Shown piece by piece: positions 35,165 to 45,300 of a stretch of 64,000 bases of DNA. The position numbers and the translations under genes are program-made. Each line of letters begins with the position of its first letter. Positions within the stretch are counted from its first letter, which is position 1. The notes below the pieces were generated by a model. That model searched no databases. It saw only the letters and a program-made list of their open reading frames with translations, and was not told the origin of the DNA. The stretch is from an uncultured Coriobacteriia bacterium (GTDB lineage Bacteria; Actinomycetota; Coriobacteriia; Anaerosomatales; PHET01), in contig CAVVUM010000008.1 of the NCBI GenBank assembly GCA_963751505.1, positions 31,475-95,474 of the forward strand. The letters are read 5' to 3'.

Positions 35165-36196
35165 ACTCGCTAGCGCGTGCCGCGCGGTGCTCTCAAGGCC
35201 CAGGTACGGCAGCAGCTTGGCGTAGATCGCCTCGATCTTGGGGGCGTTGACGCCGTCGGGGTCGATGAGGTCGTGCGCGTAGCCGAGTCGCTTCGGGTAC
35301 TCGTACTCGTCGAACTCCCGCGCCAGCGGACCTAGCTCCCTAGCGACCGACTCTCGAGCGAGCGCCTCGTCGACCGAGCTGTCGGCAGCGTTGGTTACCA
35401 CCACCACTCGCTCGAGTTCGCTCTTCCGCGAGGGTGGCCGTCGCATGAAATCGAACGCGACCTCGAAGAAGGCCGAAATCGACTTGAGCGAGTAGCGCGG
35501 ATAGGCGTCTCGTGGCTCGTGGTCCTGCTTCTTGAGCGGGTCCCACCAGAAGTAGAAGTCCGGGAGCGCACGGCTCCAAGCGACGACCGGGTACGTCAGG
35601 ACCGCGGGCATGAGATCGACGCCGAAAAGCGGCGAGATGATGACGGCATCCGACACCTCGTCACGATCTTGCGCGACCAACGCGGCGAGGTTGCCGCCGC
35701 CAGATAGTCCAACGACCTCGACCTTGTCGCCAAGCCCCGCTGCGATGTCGATCGCTTCGTTCGCCAGGACCGCCAGCTCGGCGGCGGTCAGCGTCGAGAT
35801 GTCTTCGGTCATCAGGTTCCGCTCGCCATGGGCGGGTAGACGCGGGATCAGTACGTTGTACCCGGCGTCGAAGTACGCCTGCCCGATCCGCTCGAACTGC
35901 TCGGGGTTGTTGGTGAAGCCGTGGAACAGGACCGCGGCTGTTGCCGTTCGACTGCCGCGGTCCAGGAATATGGTGGGGCGGATTATCTCGGCACCGTCCC
36001 GCGTCTTGAGCTTCTCGATCCGCGCGCGCGCCTCCTCGTAGGTGGCCGCTGGGCGCGGCTCGGCAGCGGGCACCGCGCGACGTGAGATGCCCAGCAAGAC
36101 GACGGTCGCGAGCAACGCCACGGCGATGACGACCATCGAGACGATGGCGGCCGGCTTGGCCACGCGTGCGAACTTGGAGCCCCGTACCTCGGTCAC
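35165..36196 (-). CDS. membrane-anchored alpha/beta hydrolase; 3' end uncertain
   Basis: TM 'AAIVSMVVIAVALLATVVLLGI'. 'AAVLFHGFTNNPEQF', 'NVLIPRLPAHGE' and the nucleophile elbow 'VGLSGGGN' are present. The ORF has no stop until 34724, which would overlap the convergent gene, so the end is set near 35165. Confidence 0.6.
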
Positions 36197-37038
36197 CGCG
36201 GCACCTCCTCGGGAGCGCTCACTTCACTTCGAGTGTCGACCGTCGCGGGACTGCGCAGATGCCAGAGCGCCGCTACGACGCCGACGACGAGCACGGCCAC
36301 CGCTGCGAGCCAGCCGAACTCCCCGACCCATGTCGTGCTGCCTTTGAACGCCGGCAGCTTCGTAGCCCCGACGGTGACGGCGAATCCGGTTGCGACCAGC
36401 GCATTCCAAGCGCCGTGAGTCATCACGGCCGGCCACACCGACCGAGACCGGTCGGTGATGACGCCAATGAACAGAGTGATGCCGGCGATCGCGACGGTGA
36501 ACGCCGGGATACCGGCGCGGGTTCCGTACCAGCCGACAAGGATGAGCGGCACGTGGTAGAACCACCAGATCACTCCGATGATCAGCGACGAGACCAGGAA
36601 GGATTCGGCGGCGGCGGACCAAGGGCCACAGGAAGCCCCGCCACCCGATCTCCTCGCCCAACCCGGTGAGTGCGGCGGAGCCTATCGTCGACGGGCGCAG
36701 CCAAGAGCGCTCTCAGCAGAGTCGCAGCTGACGCGCTGTCCAGTCCGACCATTGAGCCGAGCCAGTAGGCGCCGAGCGCCGCCGCGGTGGGAATCAGTCC
36801 AGCAAGGATCCACCACGACGGCCTGCCCCACTGGATGACTCCGGGGCCGAGCGAAGCGCGCCAGGAGTGCCCCGACCGTAGGCGCGAACATCACGAGAAC
36901 GAAGAGCAACGACTTGTCCTCGGCGTTCCAGAACGCCGCAACGGCCGCGACGTAGACCGCGATCAGCCCGCCGAAGTAGAGAACGAGGCGGCGCGTGTCG
37001 CGCCCCGGATCGGTTCGCTCGACAGATATCGGCTTCAT
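36193..37038 (-). CDS. CPBP-family intramembrane glutamic endopeptidase (frame-broken)
   Basis: Motif 'GEEIGWRGFLWP' (ORF 36224..36661) and 'MTHGAWNAL' (ORF 36193..36573). TM-rich N-terminus in ORF 36682..37038. The stop overlaps the hydrolase GTG (GTGA). Confidence 0.7.
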
Positions 37039-37296
37039 ACTGCCCTCCTGCCGCGATGCTACCAGTCTCGGCGACTCGCCGACGAGTCGACGCCAGGTGG
37101 CGACGGCGAGCCGCCCTGCGAACTCCCCACGTGATCAGCGCCCGAGGCCGTCTAGCGGAGTGCCGCCGGGTGGCCATCGGGAACCCAGAGACATTCAGCG
37201 TGGTACCGTGATGCGCACCCAGCGCCCGACCCCGCCGTGCGCCCTCAAGGTGTCCGCTTCGGGTGACGCGACGACGCCCGAACGAGGAGCATCGGA

Positions 37297-39076
37297 TTGC
37301 GCGAACGCCCGGATCTGCAGCAGTCTCCCACGATGCTTGAGGTGCTGCGCTCGAGCGGCTTGAGCTTGTTGGGTGTGGCCGCCGCATACCAAGCAACGGT
37401 GACCCTCCTCGTCGCTCCGCTCAGCGCGGCAGCGTGGGCAGGCGCCATCAGCGCCGCATCGGCTGGCTCGATGGCCGTCGTGAACAGCTCCCTTGTCCGC
37501 TTGGTCTCGTCGCCGACGAGCTTGCTCCTGATCTTGAGCGCCTGGCTCGTCGCGTTGGCGGCCGTGCGTATCGCCGCGGGGGCATCCGCGATTCTCGTGC
37601 TCGACAGCAAAGGTAGCGTGCTCCGTGCGATGCTCGAGGGCACGCGACAACTGGGTAGCCTGCTGAGTATCGCGCTGTGGCAATACGGGATGCTGCTCGG
37701 CGTACAGCCTGCCTGCGATCGGGGTGGCTGCTGGCGCGTATCTAGTGGCATTTGGACTGCGCGACCCGGTGGGTGCCTATGCGCGCAATCCGCGGATGAC
37801 CATCTTGATCGCGTCAGTTCTGGGACTGGTGGTGACCCTTCTCACGGCGTATCTCTCGTTGCGCTGGATTCTCGCGACCGCCGCCTTCGTGGGCGAGGGT
37901 GTGAAAGGCCGTGCGGCGCTGCGCAGGAGCTGGCAGCTCACGAGCGGGAGCTGGATCCGGATCGGTCTCGCCTTCCTGACGCTCGTTCTGACAATCGTCC
38001 TGATCGCCGGCGTGAGTCGCGGCCTGATCCGGGCCGCGATCCTAGGCGCAGGCCTCGGCGGCAACCACGCCATACTCGCGGCGCTGATCGGGCTCGACTT
38101 CCTCATTGCGCTACTAGTGACGCTCGGAGCATTCGTCGCGACCAACGCCTTTGTGCTGTCGCGCTACCTGCGCGCCAGCGGCAGAACCCTCGACGTCCCT
38201 GAGGTGCGTCACTCGCGCCGCCTCGCGTGGGTCACCGCCAGCGTCCATCGTCGCGGTCGCAGCTGTGGTCGGGGCTCTCGGGCTCCTCTCGGTACTTGTC
38301 CTGACTGCCATACCGGTCGATCCATCGCAAGTCGAGCTGATCGCGCACCGCGCCGGGGAGGCGCACGCGCCCGAGAACACGGTCGCAGCGGTGACGAGGG
38401 CCCGCGCTGATCGAGCCGACCGCCTCGAGTTCGACGTCCAGCGCACCGCCGACGACCGGCTTGTGGTCATCCACGACGCTGACCTCTTGCGTGTCGGCGG
38501 GCAAGACGTGCCGGTCGGCGATTCGACCCTGGCGCAGATCCAGGCTGTGGATGTCGGCGAAGGGCAGCGCGTGCCGACACTCGAGGCCTTCCTGGAGGCG
38601 GCAGGCGACACGCCCTTGGCTCTCGAGATCAAGACGCACGCCGGGGATCGACAGACGACGCGAGATGTGGTGGCGCTACTGCAAGGCGAGGGAGCCGTGC
38701 CTCGTACCGTCGTGCTGTCACTCGATCCGGAACTGACGGCACTTGCGCACTCGATCGAGCCGGGTATCGCCACACGCCGACCTCGTGTCACTTGGAATCG
38801 GCGACATCTACCGGTTGCCGTCGGATGTGATCGCCCCCACCGAGTCACTGGCGTCGTCGACACGAGTCCTCATGCGCACACAACGGGGAAGAGAGCTGGG
38901 TCTGGGCGGTCGACGATGAAGCGCTGATCCGATCAGCTGTCATCAGGGGTGTGGACGGCCTTATCGTGAGCGACGTCCCCAAGACGCGGCAGGTACTCGA
39001 GCAGATGCGCTCGATGTCGCGTGCCGACGTGGTGCGCTACCGCTTGAACGAGTTCGTGAGCTCGATCCAGCCTTAA
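37297..39076 (+). CDS. glycerophosphodiester phosphodiesterase with N-terminal multi-TM domain (frame-broken)
   Basis: TTG 37297 lies 7 nt after GAGGAG. The TM region is in ORFs 37297.. and 37724... GDPD core 'ELIAHRAGEAHAPENTVAA..LEFDVQRTADDRLVVIHD..PTLEAFLE'. Tail 'WVWAVDDEALI..GVDGLIVSDVP'. Confidence 0.7.
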
Positions 39077-39087
39077 GGCCGCGCGAG

Positions 39088-39650
39088 TCAGTAGACCGGT
39101 GCCTCGGGGGTGGCCACCATCAGCTGGCGCCACACACGCGCCTTCGCGCGCTCATCGTTGAGCGAGCGCTCGAGCCCGTCGCAGGCCACGAATCGCCGGC
39201 CCTTCCCGCGCACGACGACGCCGAATCCGAGCGCATCGAGCTCGAATGCCGACGCGAGATCGGCCGCTGCCTCGGCATCCAGCGCGAGCACCAGCGGCGC
39301 GTCCACGGCCTCGATCTGGAGCCGCAGGCGCCGAAGTCCCGCATCACCCGCCGCCTCCCCCACCGGCCGCGAGAGCGTGTAGAAGGTCTGCGCGGGATCG
39401 TGGCCGAGCTTCTCGAGCGCCTTGGCGACCGCGTCTCCGTCGGCTCCGGACACGGCCGCGCCACCAGAGGCCTCGGCGGGGCCGGGAAGCCCCTTGACGA
39501 CCGCGACCGTCGGGACGAGACAGCCGCGCCATGCGACAGCGTCAGAACCCGGCACCAGCAGGTCGGCCGCGGCGAGCTCAGCGCGCGCCTTCGCTTCGAA
39601 GCGCGCGCGCGCCTCCTCGGCCGATCGCGTCGGGCTCAGTCGCGCGTCGC
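39088..39650 (-). CDS. uracil-DNA glycosylase superfamily-like protein (degenerate motifs); start unresolved
   Basis: 'LLVPGSDAVAWRGCLVPTVAVVKGLPGPAE..DAVAKALEKLGHD..LALDAEAA..RKGRRFVACDGLERSLNDERAKARVWRQL'. It lies in the same open frame as the upstream epimerase, with no stop between them. Confidence 0.4.
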
Positions 39651-40589
39651 CATGCGGCCCGCGATTCTTCGAGACCCAGCGCCACGTGAGCGCCACGCCC
39701 GTCTCGAGCTCGACGCCGGCCTGCCAGCCGAACGCCTCTCGCGCCCGCGACGGGTCGAGCACGCTGTGCACGATGTCGCCGGCGCGCGCTGGCTCGTTCA
39801 CAACGGGCCCGAAGTAGCCGGCCGCCATGCGCACCGCGCCGACGAGCTCGTCACGGACGTCCGCTTGCCGGTCGAGATGTTGTAGGCCGGGCCCGCATCG
39901 GCGAGCGCCTGCTCGACGAGCATCGCGGAGTACAGCGCCCCCACGACATCGCCGACGTAGATGAAGTCGCGCGTCTGAGTGCCGTCGCCGTAGATGACCG
40001 GCGCTTCTCCGCGCCACGCGGTCGAGGAAGATCGCGACGACACCGCCCTCACCGCGCGCGTCCTGACGCGGCCCGTACACGTTGGCGAAGCGGACGCTCG
40101 CGAAGTCCGTCTCGCTGCCGCGAAGCTCCTCGGCGAGCAGTGACTCGGCTTCGAGCTTCGATGCGCCGTAGGGGTTCACCGGAACGGTCGCCGAGGACTC
40201 CTTCAGCGGCAGTTCGCTCGGCTCCCCGTAGACCGCCGCCGAGGACGCCGAGATGATGCGCCGGGCTCCCGCGTCGCGGGCAGCGGCGGCGACCCGCCGC
40301 GTGCCCTCGGCGTTCACGAGCCGGTCACGCTCGGGATCGCGAAGCGACTCGGTCACGCTAGCCTGCGCAGCCAGGTGGATGACGACGTCGGGAGCGAACT
40401 CGGCCCAAGGTGCGCAGCGAGCGCCTCATCGAGGATGTCGAGCTTGCGGAAGCCGGCCCGGGGGTCGAGGTTGTCGGGCGTACCGACTGAGAGGTCGTCG
40501 ACGACCATCACGTCGTGGCCGCCCGCAAGCAGCGCTTGCACGAGGTTCGAGCCGATGAAGCCCGCCCCTCCGGTCACGTAGACCCGCAT
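39651..40589 (-). CDS. NAD-dependent epimerase/dehydratase (GalE-like), frame-broken
   Basis: 'MRVYVTGGAGFIGSNLVQALLAGGHDVMVVDDLS' follows GGGAGGTG. 'SSAAVYGEPSELPLKE..NPYGASKLEAE', 'RFANVYGPRQD' and 'GDGTQTRDFIYVGDVV' are present. Confidence 0.75.
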
Positions 40590-40614
40590 GGCACCTCCCT
40601 GAGCGCGCACGCGC

Positions 40615-41288
40615 TCACTTCTCGATCTTGGCAACGGAGACGAGAACAGACTGAGCGATAGACGCTGCCTCGCGCTGAACGGCGGGTGGCACGCGGTCAT
40701 CGTCAGCATCGGCTTCTTGGTGGAGGCTACCACCTCGACTCGCGTGGGAGCGACCGCGAACACCTTGCGCACCCGATAGGTGTAGACGCGGTACGGCGAG
40801 TAGAACGTGACCGTGTCGCCGGGCTCGAGCTTGTCGAGCTTCCTGAACGGCGCTCCATAGGTGGTGCGGTGCCCCGAGATGCCGGCGTTGCCGGTGGGGC
40901 CCGGCAGGTCGCTCCACGTGATCCAGCCGGGGCCCTTCATGAGCGACCTTCGGCTCGTGCCCTTCACGACGACCTCGTCGAGGTCCATGTCCGGAGCGAC
41001 CAGCCGCCCGAAGACCTGCCCCTCCTTGAGCTTGCGCCAGTACGCCCGGTCCTCTTGCGCCCATCCCTCGAAGTCGAAGGTCGGCTCGGCCGCAACCGGC
41101 CGGGGTGCGGCCTGCGCGACCGCCGGAGGCAGCTCGGCGATCAGCGCCCGCTGCTGGGTTCCGGTCACGAGATCGGTGAGGAAGTAGTAGCCGAGTAGGC
41201 CGAGGGAGATGCCGAGGAAGACGTTGCCAAGCGCGTGGAGCGCGGTGCCCCGCCCGCTGCGCCCGTGCTGTCCCTCAGGCTCCACCAT
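40615..41288 (-). CDS. sortase (class E-like); C-terminus in another frame
   Basis: TM 'ALGNVFLGISLGLLGYYFL'. 'GPGWITWSDLPGPTGNAGISGHRTTYGAPFRKLDKLEPGD', active-site region 'MLTMTACHPPFSARQRL', tail '..SVLVSVAKIEK*'. Confidence 0.8.
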
Positions 41289-41653
41289 TCGGCTCGACCC
41301 CTCCCTACACATCGGTCGAACCCACATCGGAACGCCGGTCCTGTGACGCCCGTCACAGTCGGGACGCCCCGTGCGACAAGCACGTCAAGATTCTACCGCC
41401 CGCGTCCGATACAGAGAGTGAGGTTTGATAATCGCACAACGTCTCGCACCCCCGAAAAGAGCACAGCGCGCCGAAAGGCCGCTTCGCAAAGTCACGGGTC
41501 TACCGGAGCAAGCGCTCCTACGACAGCCGGACTGCCGGGAGAGACCGCCGCATCTGACCAGACGGCCCGGTTTCCGCCCATCGCGACTCTCGAAGGAGGA
41601 GATCGGGGCGTCGTGCAACTCGGTTCAGTTTCGAACAGAGGAGCACCGGTCAC

Positions 41654-42211
41654 ATGTTGCACACCACCCTGCGGCGGGCCCCCATCGCGCTGGCGGTCCT
41701 CGCGCTGCTCGCAGGCGTCACCGCCTGGTCGCTCTCGGCGGCACCGGCAGGGGCCTCGGCGACCTTCTCTCCGTCACTGACGCCGCTTACGGGGACTGCA
41801 ACAAAGGTCTCCGCCGACGGGGCCGCTTCGCTCACGCTCGCGCAAGCCACCGCAAAGCGCGCGACGAGAGTCGAGGTCGCACGCAAGAGGGGCACGCACC
41901 GCACAGCCACGATCGCGGGCTACAGCGGGTCACAGACGAGCGACAGTGCGAACTCCGGCGACGAGGCCGCGCGCGCGAAGGCCCTGCTGGCAGCGGCCAT
42001 CAGGAAGCATCCCGTCCTCGAAGGATCCTCCGTGAGCTTCGGCAATGCCCGCGGCTACCAGGCGATCGCGTACTACACAAGCGGACGCATCGTCATCAGC
42101 CGCAGCCACAAGGCGAGCCTCTCCCGGATCATCAACCATGAGATCTGGCACATCATCGACTACCGCGACAACGGCAAGATCGACTGGGGCGAGCACGTTC
42201 CGCCGCGCTAG
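41654..42211 (+). CDS. secreted small HExxH-motif protein (putative Zn-metallopeptidase fold)
   Basis: Signal peptide 'APIALAVLALLAGVTAWSLSAAPAGASA'. C-terminal 'GYQAIAYYTSGRIVISRSHKASLSRIINHEIWHIIDY'. Confidence 0.5.
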   Translation: MLHTTLRRAPIALAVLALLAGVTAWSLSAAPAGASATFSPSLTPLTGTATKVSADGAASLTLAQATAKRATRVEVARKRGTHRTATIAGYSGSQTSDSANSGDEAARAKALLAAAIRKHPVLEGSSVSFGNARGYQAIAYYTSGRIVISRSHKASLSRIINHEIWHIIDYRDNGKIDWGEHVPPR

Positions 42212-42236
42212 GCCCGCAGCACCACACCGACACGAA

Positions 42237-42264
42237 GAAGGGGCCGCATCTCTGCGGCCCCTTC
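42237..42264. terminator. bidirectional hairpin between convergent genes
   Basis: GAAGGGGCCGCA-TCTC-TGCGGCCCCTTC. Confidence 0.5.
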
Positions 42265-42301
42265 GTGCGTCGTGCTGCGGCAGTGCCGAACGCCTATCTC
42301 A

Positions 42302-45300
42302 CTAGGCGACGACGCGGGCAAGACGGCGGAAGCCCATACCGAGCGCCAGAGCCATCGCGACAAGCAGTGCGAGCAGGCTCATTTCGCTGCCGGTGAAGGG
42401 CAGGAACGGCTCGGGGATCTCCACCTCCCAGCTGTCGCTGTTGTTGCTGGTGTTCTCCTCGTCAGGCGCGGAGATCACCACGGTGTTGCGCACGACGTTG
42501 ACGTTCTCGGGCAGGTCGTTCGAGATCTTGACACGAGTACGTGATCGTCTGCGGCCCGTCCTCGGGGTAGAGCGGACCGTCGATCGTTCCACGTAATCGT
42601 GCCGTCCTCCACGACGCCACCCGCGGCGTCCACAACTGCGACGTACCGCTCATCGAAGTCGTCGACGATCTTGATGTCGGTTGCTTGGCTTCCCTCGGCG
42701 AGGTTCTCGTAGGTCAGGGTGTACTTGACGGTATCGCCGGGTTCGGCCTCGGTCTTGTCAGCCGACTTGTCGATGGTGAGGTCCGGCGGAGTGAACGGAG
42801 CTGCGACGTCCACGAACGCGTCGTCCTTGTCGCTCACCTTGTGGCCGAACTTGTCGGCGCCGGTCGCAACAACGGTGTTGGTCGTCGGAACCGAGATCGG
42901 CAGCGGTCTTGGTGAAGGTCTGGCTCGCGCCAACCGCCAAGGACCGGGAGCTCGCCGACCAGGCCGAGCTTGTCGTCGTTGAGCTGCACGCTGAAGAGTC
43001 GACATCGCCCGTGTTGGTGACCACGTAGGTGTAGGTGACCGTCTCCCCGGCAGAACCGCGTCGGGGTTGCTGATCTTCTCTACATCGATCTTGGGGTTGA
43101 CCACGTCAACCACGGCGTCATCTGTGGCAATGACATTCGGACCCGTTGGCGGGCGTGCCCGTCGCAGTCCCGACATTCGTGGTGTCGACGGCGATCGTTC
43201 GTGGTCGCGGTGAGCGTCGCCGAATCGCCCGGAGCGAGCGTGGCGATAGTGCCGATCGGTCCCAGCTTGTCATCGGTCACAGTGACGGCGCAAGAGTCAC
43301 ATTGCCGGTGTTGGTCACGAGATACGTGTACATGACCGTTTCGCCGCTGAGGATCGTCGTCGGCGACGCGGTCTTGACGATCGAGATCGCAGGAGCAGCG
43401 CCGAAGTAGTGCGCGTCATCGCTGTCGCTGACCGGAATCCGCACGACAGGTGCGGGAACTCCTTCGACCGGTTGATCGGCGGCGGGAGTGCCGACGAAGA
43501 CGGCCGCTATCGTGCCGGTGTTCGCGTGCTGGTTGGCAGCCCACGGAGCGGTGATGATCGCCTCGAACTTGGCTTGCGGAGCGAGGTTCGCGGGGACGAT
43601 CCCGATGGGCAGCGCATCGACGAAGGTCTGGAAGTCCGTGTCAGTGAGCTTCAGCTCGGTCAGCGTCACGTTGCCGGTGTTCGTCACGACGAACTTGAAC
43701 TTGGGGCTCGTGCCGCTCCGGAGGTACGGACCGGTCGGGCTGTCGGCGTCGTCCCACGTGGCACCGCCGTCGACCGAGACGAACTTCTCGATGTCGACCT
43801 GGGGGTGGCGCCGAAGTAGTGGGCCATGTCTGCGTCGGAGACGGGGACCTTGGCCTCGTTGGTATCCCAGAAGTCACCGGTGACGGTCGCCGTGTTCGCG
43901 TGCTGGCCGGCCGCCCAATCGGCATCGAGGTAGTAGTAGGTTGCGATCGCGCCCGCGGCCAGCTCACCGTCGAGCTGATCGTCAGAAGTCGGAGTCGATG
44001 AGGTCGACGTTGGTGAGGTCGACGTTGCCGATGTTCGTCACGACGAACTTGAATTGCGGGTCGGAGCCGCTCGCCGCGAACGGACCGGTGGCCACGTCGG
44101 CGTCCTCCCATGTCGTGCCGCCGTCGACCGAGACGTACTTCTCGACGTCGATCTTGGGTGCTGCGCCGTAGTAGTGCGCCTTGTCCTTGTCGTTGACGGT
44201 GGTCTGCCCGAAGTCACCGGTGACGGTGGCCTCGTTCATGTGCTGACCGGCCGCCCAATTGGCGTCGAGGTATTGTAGGTCTCGATCGCAGCGACTGCGA
44301 GCGTGCCGTCGAGGTGGATGTTGCCGAAGACGGAGTCGATGAGGTCGACGTCGGTCAGGTCGACGTTGCCGATGTTCTCGATGACGAACTTGAACTGCGG
44401 GTCGATGCCGGTCGTGAGGTACGGACCGGTCGCCGTGTCAGCGTCGACCCAGCTCGCGCCGCCGTCGATCGAGACGTACTTCTCGACGTCGATGCTTGGG
44501 TGCTGCGCCGTAGTAGTGCGCCTTGTCCTTGTCGCTGACGGTGGTCTGCCCGAAGTCACCGGTGACGGTGGCCTCGTTCATGTGCTGACCGGCCGCCCAA
44601 TTGGCGTCGTGGTACTTGTAGGTCTCGATCGCAGCGACTGCGAGCGTGCCGTCGAGGTGGATGTTGCCGAAGACGGAGTCGATGAGGTCGACGTCGGTGA
44701 GGTCGACGTTGCCGATGTTCTCGATGACGAACTTGAACTGCGGGTCGATGCCGCTCTTAAGGTACGGACCGGTCGCCGTGTCAGCGTCGTCCCAGCTCGC
44801 GCCGCCGTCGATCGAGACGTACTTCTCGACGTCGATCTTGGCGTCTGAGCCGTAGTAGTGGGCCTTGTCCTTGTCGGACGGTGGTCTGCCCGAAGTCACC
44901 GGCGACGGTGGCCTCGTTCATGTGCTGACCGGCCGCCCAATCGGCGTTGTGGTAGTAGGTCTCGATCGCAGCCACGGCGAGCGTGCCGTCGAGGTGGATG
45001 TTGCCGAAGACGGAGTCGATCAGGTCGACGTCGGTCAGGGCAACGTTGCCGATGTTCTCGATGACGAACTTGAACTGCGGGTCAGAGCTACTGGTCATGT
45101 AGGGACCCGTGACCGTATCAGCGTCGTCCCACGTGGCGCCGCCATCGACCGAGACGTACTTCTCGACGTCGATGGCCGGGGCTGCGCCGAAGTAGTGCGC
45201 CTTGTCCTTGTCGTTGACGGTGGTCTGGCCGAAGTCACCGGTGACGGTGGCCTCGTTCATATGCTGACCGGCCGCCCAATCGGCGGTCGTGGTATGTAGG

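Noticed and set aside
41328-41653. Possible riboswitch (c-di-AMP or c-di-GMP type) in the 325-nt leader of the secreted HExxH gene.
   Set aside because: The region has GC-rich hairpins, but I could not match any conserved riboswitch core by eye. It is left unassigned.
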